From the NCBI GenBank assembly GCA_963715985.1, contig CAVQSP010000022.1:1-40267 (forward strand): DNA of 40,267 nt. Direction: 5' to 3'. The notes beneath the pieces are model-generated. The model did no database searches and was not told the origin of the DNA. It saw only the letters and a program-made list of their open reading frames with translations. The stretch's first letter is position 1, and each line of letters starts with the position of its first letter. Shown here in pieces: positions 38,963 to 40,267 of the stretch. The stretch is from an uncultured Thermoleophilia bacterium (lineage in GTDB: Bacteria > Actinomycetota > Thermoleophilia > UBA2241). The translations under genes and the position numbers were made by a program.

Positions 38963-40000
38963 TCAGGCGCTCCTCTCCTCGGAGAGGTACCGGTAGATGA
39001 GGCCGCAGGTCTCGAACACGCCGGCCGGCGAGACGAGCAGCAGCGTCCCGCTGTCGCGGGCCAGCTCCACCACCTCGTCGTCCGGCTCCACGCCGTTGAC
39101 GAAGCAGATGCCCGGCACGTCCATGATCTCGGCCACGCGCAGCATCTGGACACTGGCCAGGTTGCTGACCAGCAGCGTCTTGTCCGTGGCTTCGTTGAGA
39201 AGGTCGCTGACGCGGTCGCCTGCGTAGATGCGCGTGACCTCGGTGCCGCCGGGGCCGCCGGGAGTGATCACACGAGCGCCGATGCTCTCGGCCAACTCTT
39301 CCAGTTTCATCTTCGACCTCGCGAGCAGGGATTCCAGTTTCTTCACCATGGGCTCGATCTGGGCGGCGCTCACGGCCTCTTCCGCTTCGCCGCCGAGCCG
39401 CGCGAAGTATGCGGCCGACTCCAGCGCCGCCGTGATGTCCATGTACTCCACGAAGATGTCGTTGGGCAGGTGCAGCGGGACGGGGGAGAAGCTGATGAGG
39501 CTCTTGACCCCGCGCGCACCAGCACGTCGGCCACCGCCTGTGCCTGGTCGCCGGGCACGGTGAGCACGGCGATCTGCACGCCCAGGTCGCGGACCAGGTC
39601 CTCCATGTCGGCGGCGGCGAAGCAGCGCACGCCGTGGATGATGGTGCCGGCCAGCTCGGGGTCGGCGTCGAACGCCGCCACGATGCCGACCGACGGCGTC
39701 TTGTCCTCGAGGTGGGCGAGCACGGCGCGCCCCAGGTTCCCACGCCGACCAGGGCCACCTCCTGGCGCGCGGTGCCGTCCAGGAAGGTGCCGATGCTGGC
39801 GATGCAGGCGTCCACGTCGTAGCCGCGATTGGGGCTGCCGGAGTAGCCGATCGCCATGAGGTCGCGGCGCACCTGCGCGGCGCTGACGGCGGCGTGGCGG
39901 GCGAGCTGGTGCGAATAGATGCTCTCCACGCCTTCGGCGCGAAGGGACGATAGTAGCGCCTGTAGCGGCTCATGCGCGAGACGGTCTTCCTCGATACCAC
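38963..40000 (-). CDS. rex: Redox-sensing repressor Rex fused to a C-terminal DRTGG domain (frameshifts within the Rex part)
   Basis: SHQLA..SAAQVRRDL..GSPNRGY, LVGVG, AAFDAD, FSPVPL..VEYMD; continues in frame into MKLEELAESIG..YAGDRVSDLL. Confidence 0.87.
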   Translation of the reverse strand: MVSRKTVSRMSRYRRYYRPFAPKAWRASIRTSSPATPPSAPRRCAATSWRSATPAAPIAATTWTPASPASAPSWTAPRARRWPWSAWEPGARRARPPRGQDAVGRHRGGVRRRPRAGRHHHPRRALLRRRRHGGPGPRPGRADRRAHRARRPGTGGGRRAGARGVKSLISFSPVPLHLPNDIFVEYMDITAALESAAYFARLGGEAEEAVSAAQIEPMVKKLESLLARSKMKLEELAESIGARVITPGGPGGTEVTRIYAGDRVSDLLNEATDKTLLVSNLASVQMLRVAEIMDVPGICFVNGVEPDDEVVELARDSGTLLLVSPAGVFETCGLIYRYLSEERSA

Positions 40001-40053
40001 GTCGGCCCCGGCTCCCCTGAAAAGACGGACCTGTGTTCGTTACGGCACAAACG

Positions 40054-40099
40054 CTGTGAAATCTGTCACGATTCTCCACCTTCGAACACCTCCTGTCAA
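40054..40099 (-). promoter_or_regulatory. Main cluster promoter TTGACA-N17-GAGAAT with a Rex operator at 40054-40071
   Basis: -35 at 40094-40099, -10 at 40071-40076; CTGTGAA-ATCT-GTCACGA covers the expected start site. Confidence 0.72.
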
Positions 40100-40267
40100 C
40101 ATCGAACACACGGATCATTCTTGGACATGTTGGACAACGGAGAAGGGTAAATGGTGTCCTCCGCGTGTGGACTTGGAACATCGACACAGGGACCCTTTGC
40201 TAAGATGCAGGCGAGCCATGGGGAGGATCGGGCGCGTCGCGGGCGCCCCCTTCATGGCGGTCCCTAC

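Noticed and set aside
40031-40050. Second Rex operator CTGTGTTCGTTACGGCACAA
   Set aside because: Half-sites are 2 bp too far apart for the 18-bp consensus; at most a weak auxiliary site.

Overview
High-GC bacterial window. Gene style and the ECF/IS1380 content suggest an actinobacterium, possibly anaerobic; this taxonomy is inference. 1-5.3 kb: the 3' part of a CAT-anticodon tRNA followed by a decayed integrative island (integrase remnant, nucleotide-sugar dehydrogenase, orphan ORF, IS1380). 5.4-14.2 kb: mixed genes (divergent glutamate formiminotransferase, ECF sigma factor with fused anti-sigma zinc finger, two SDRs, metallophosphoesterase, photolyase, two monothiol glutaredoxin-like genes, tRNA-Pro). 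14.2-40.0 kb: one co-directional minus-strand [FeFe]-hydrogenase supercluster. It holds a Rex-DRTGG fusion, an RsbT-like kinase fused to a hydrogenase-like domain with DRTGG/PHP/HATPase partners, a HydCDBA complex whose HydB is fused to a GltD-like NADPH module, a sensory hydrogenase-histidine kinase phosphorelay, a second (non-bifurcating-type) HydCBA, a GAF kinase, and the maturation block hydG-regulator-aspA-hydF-hydE. Between aspA and hydF is a four-copy array of synonymously recoded hydF start regions. Many single-base frameshifts are probably sequencing errors.
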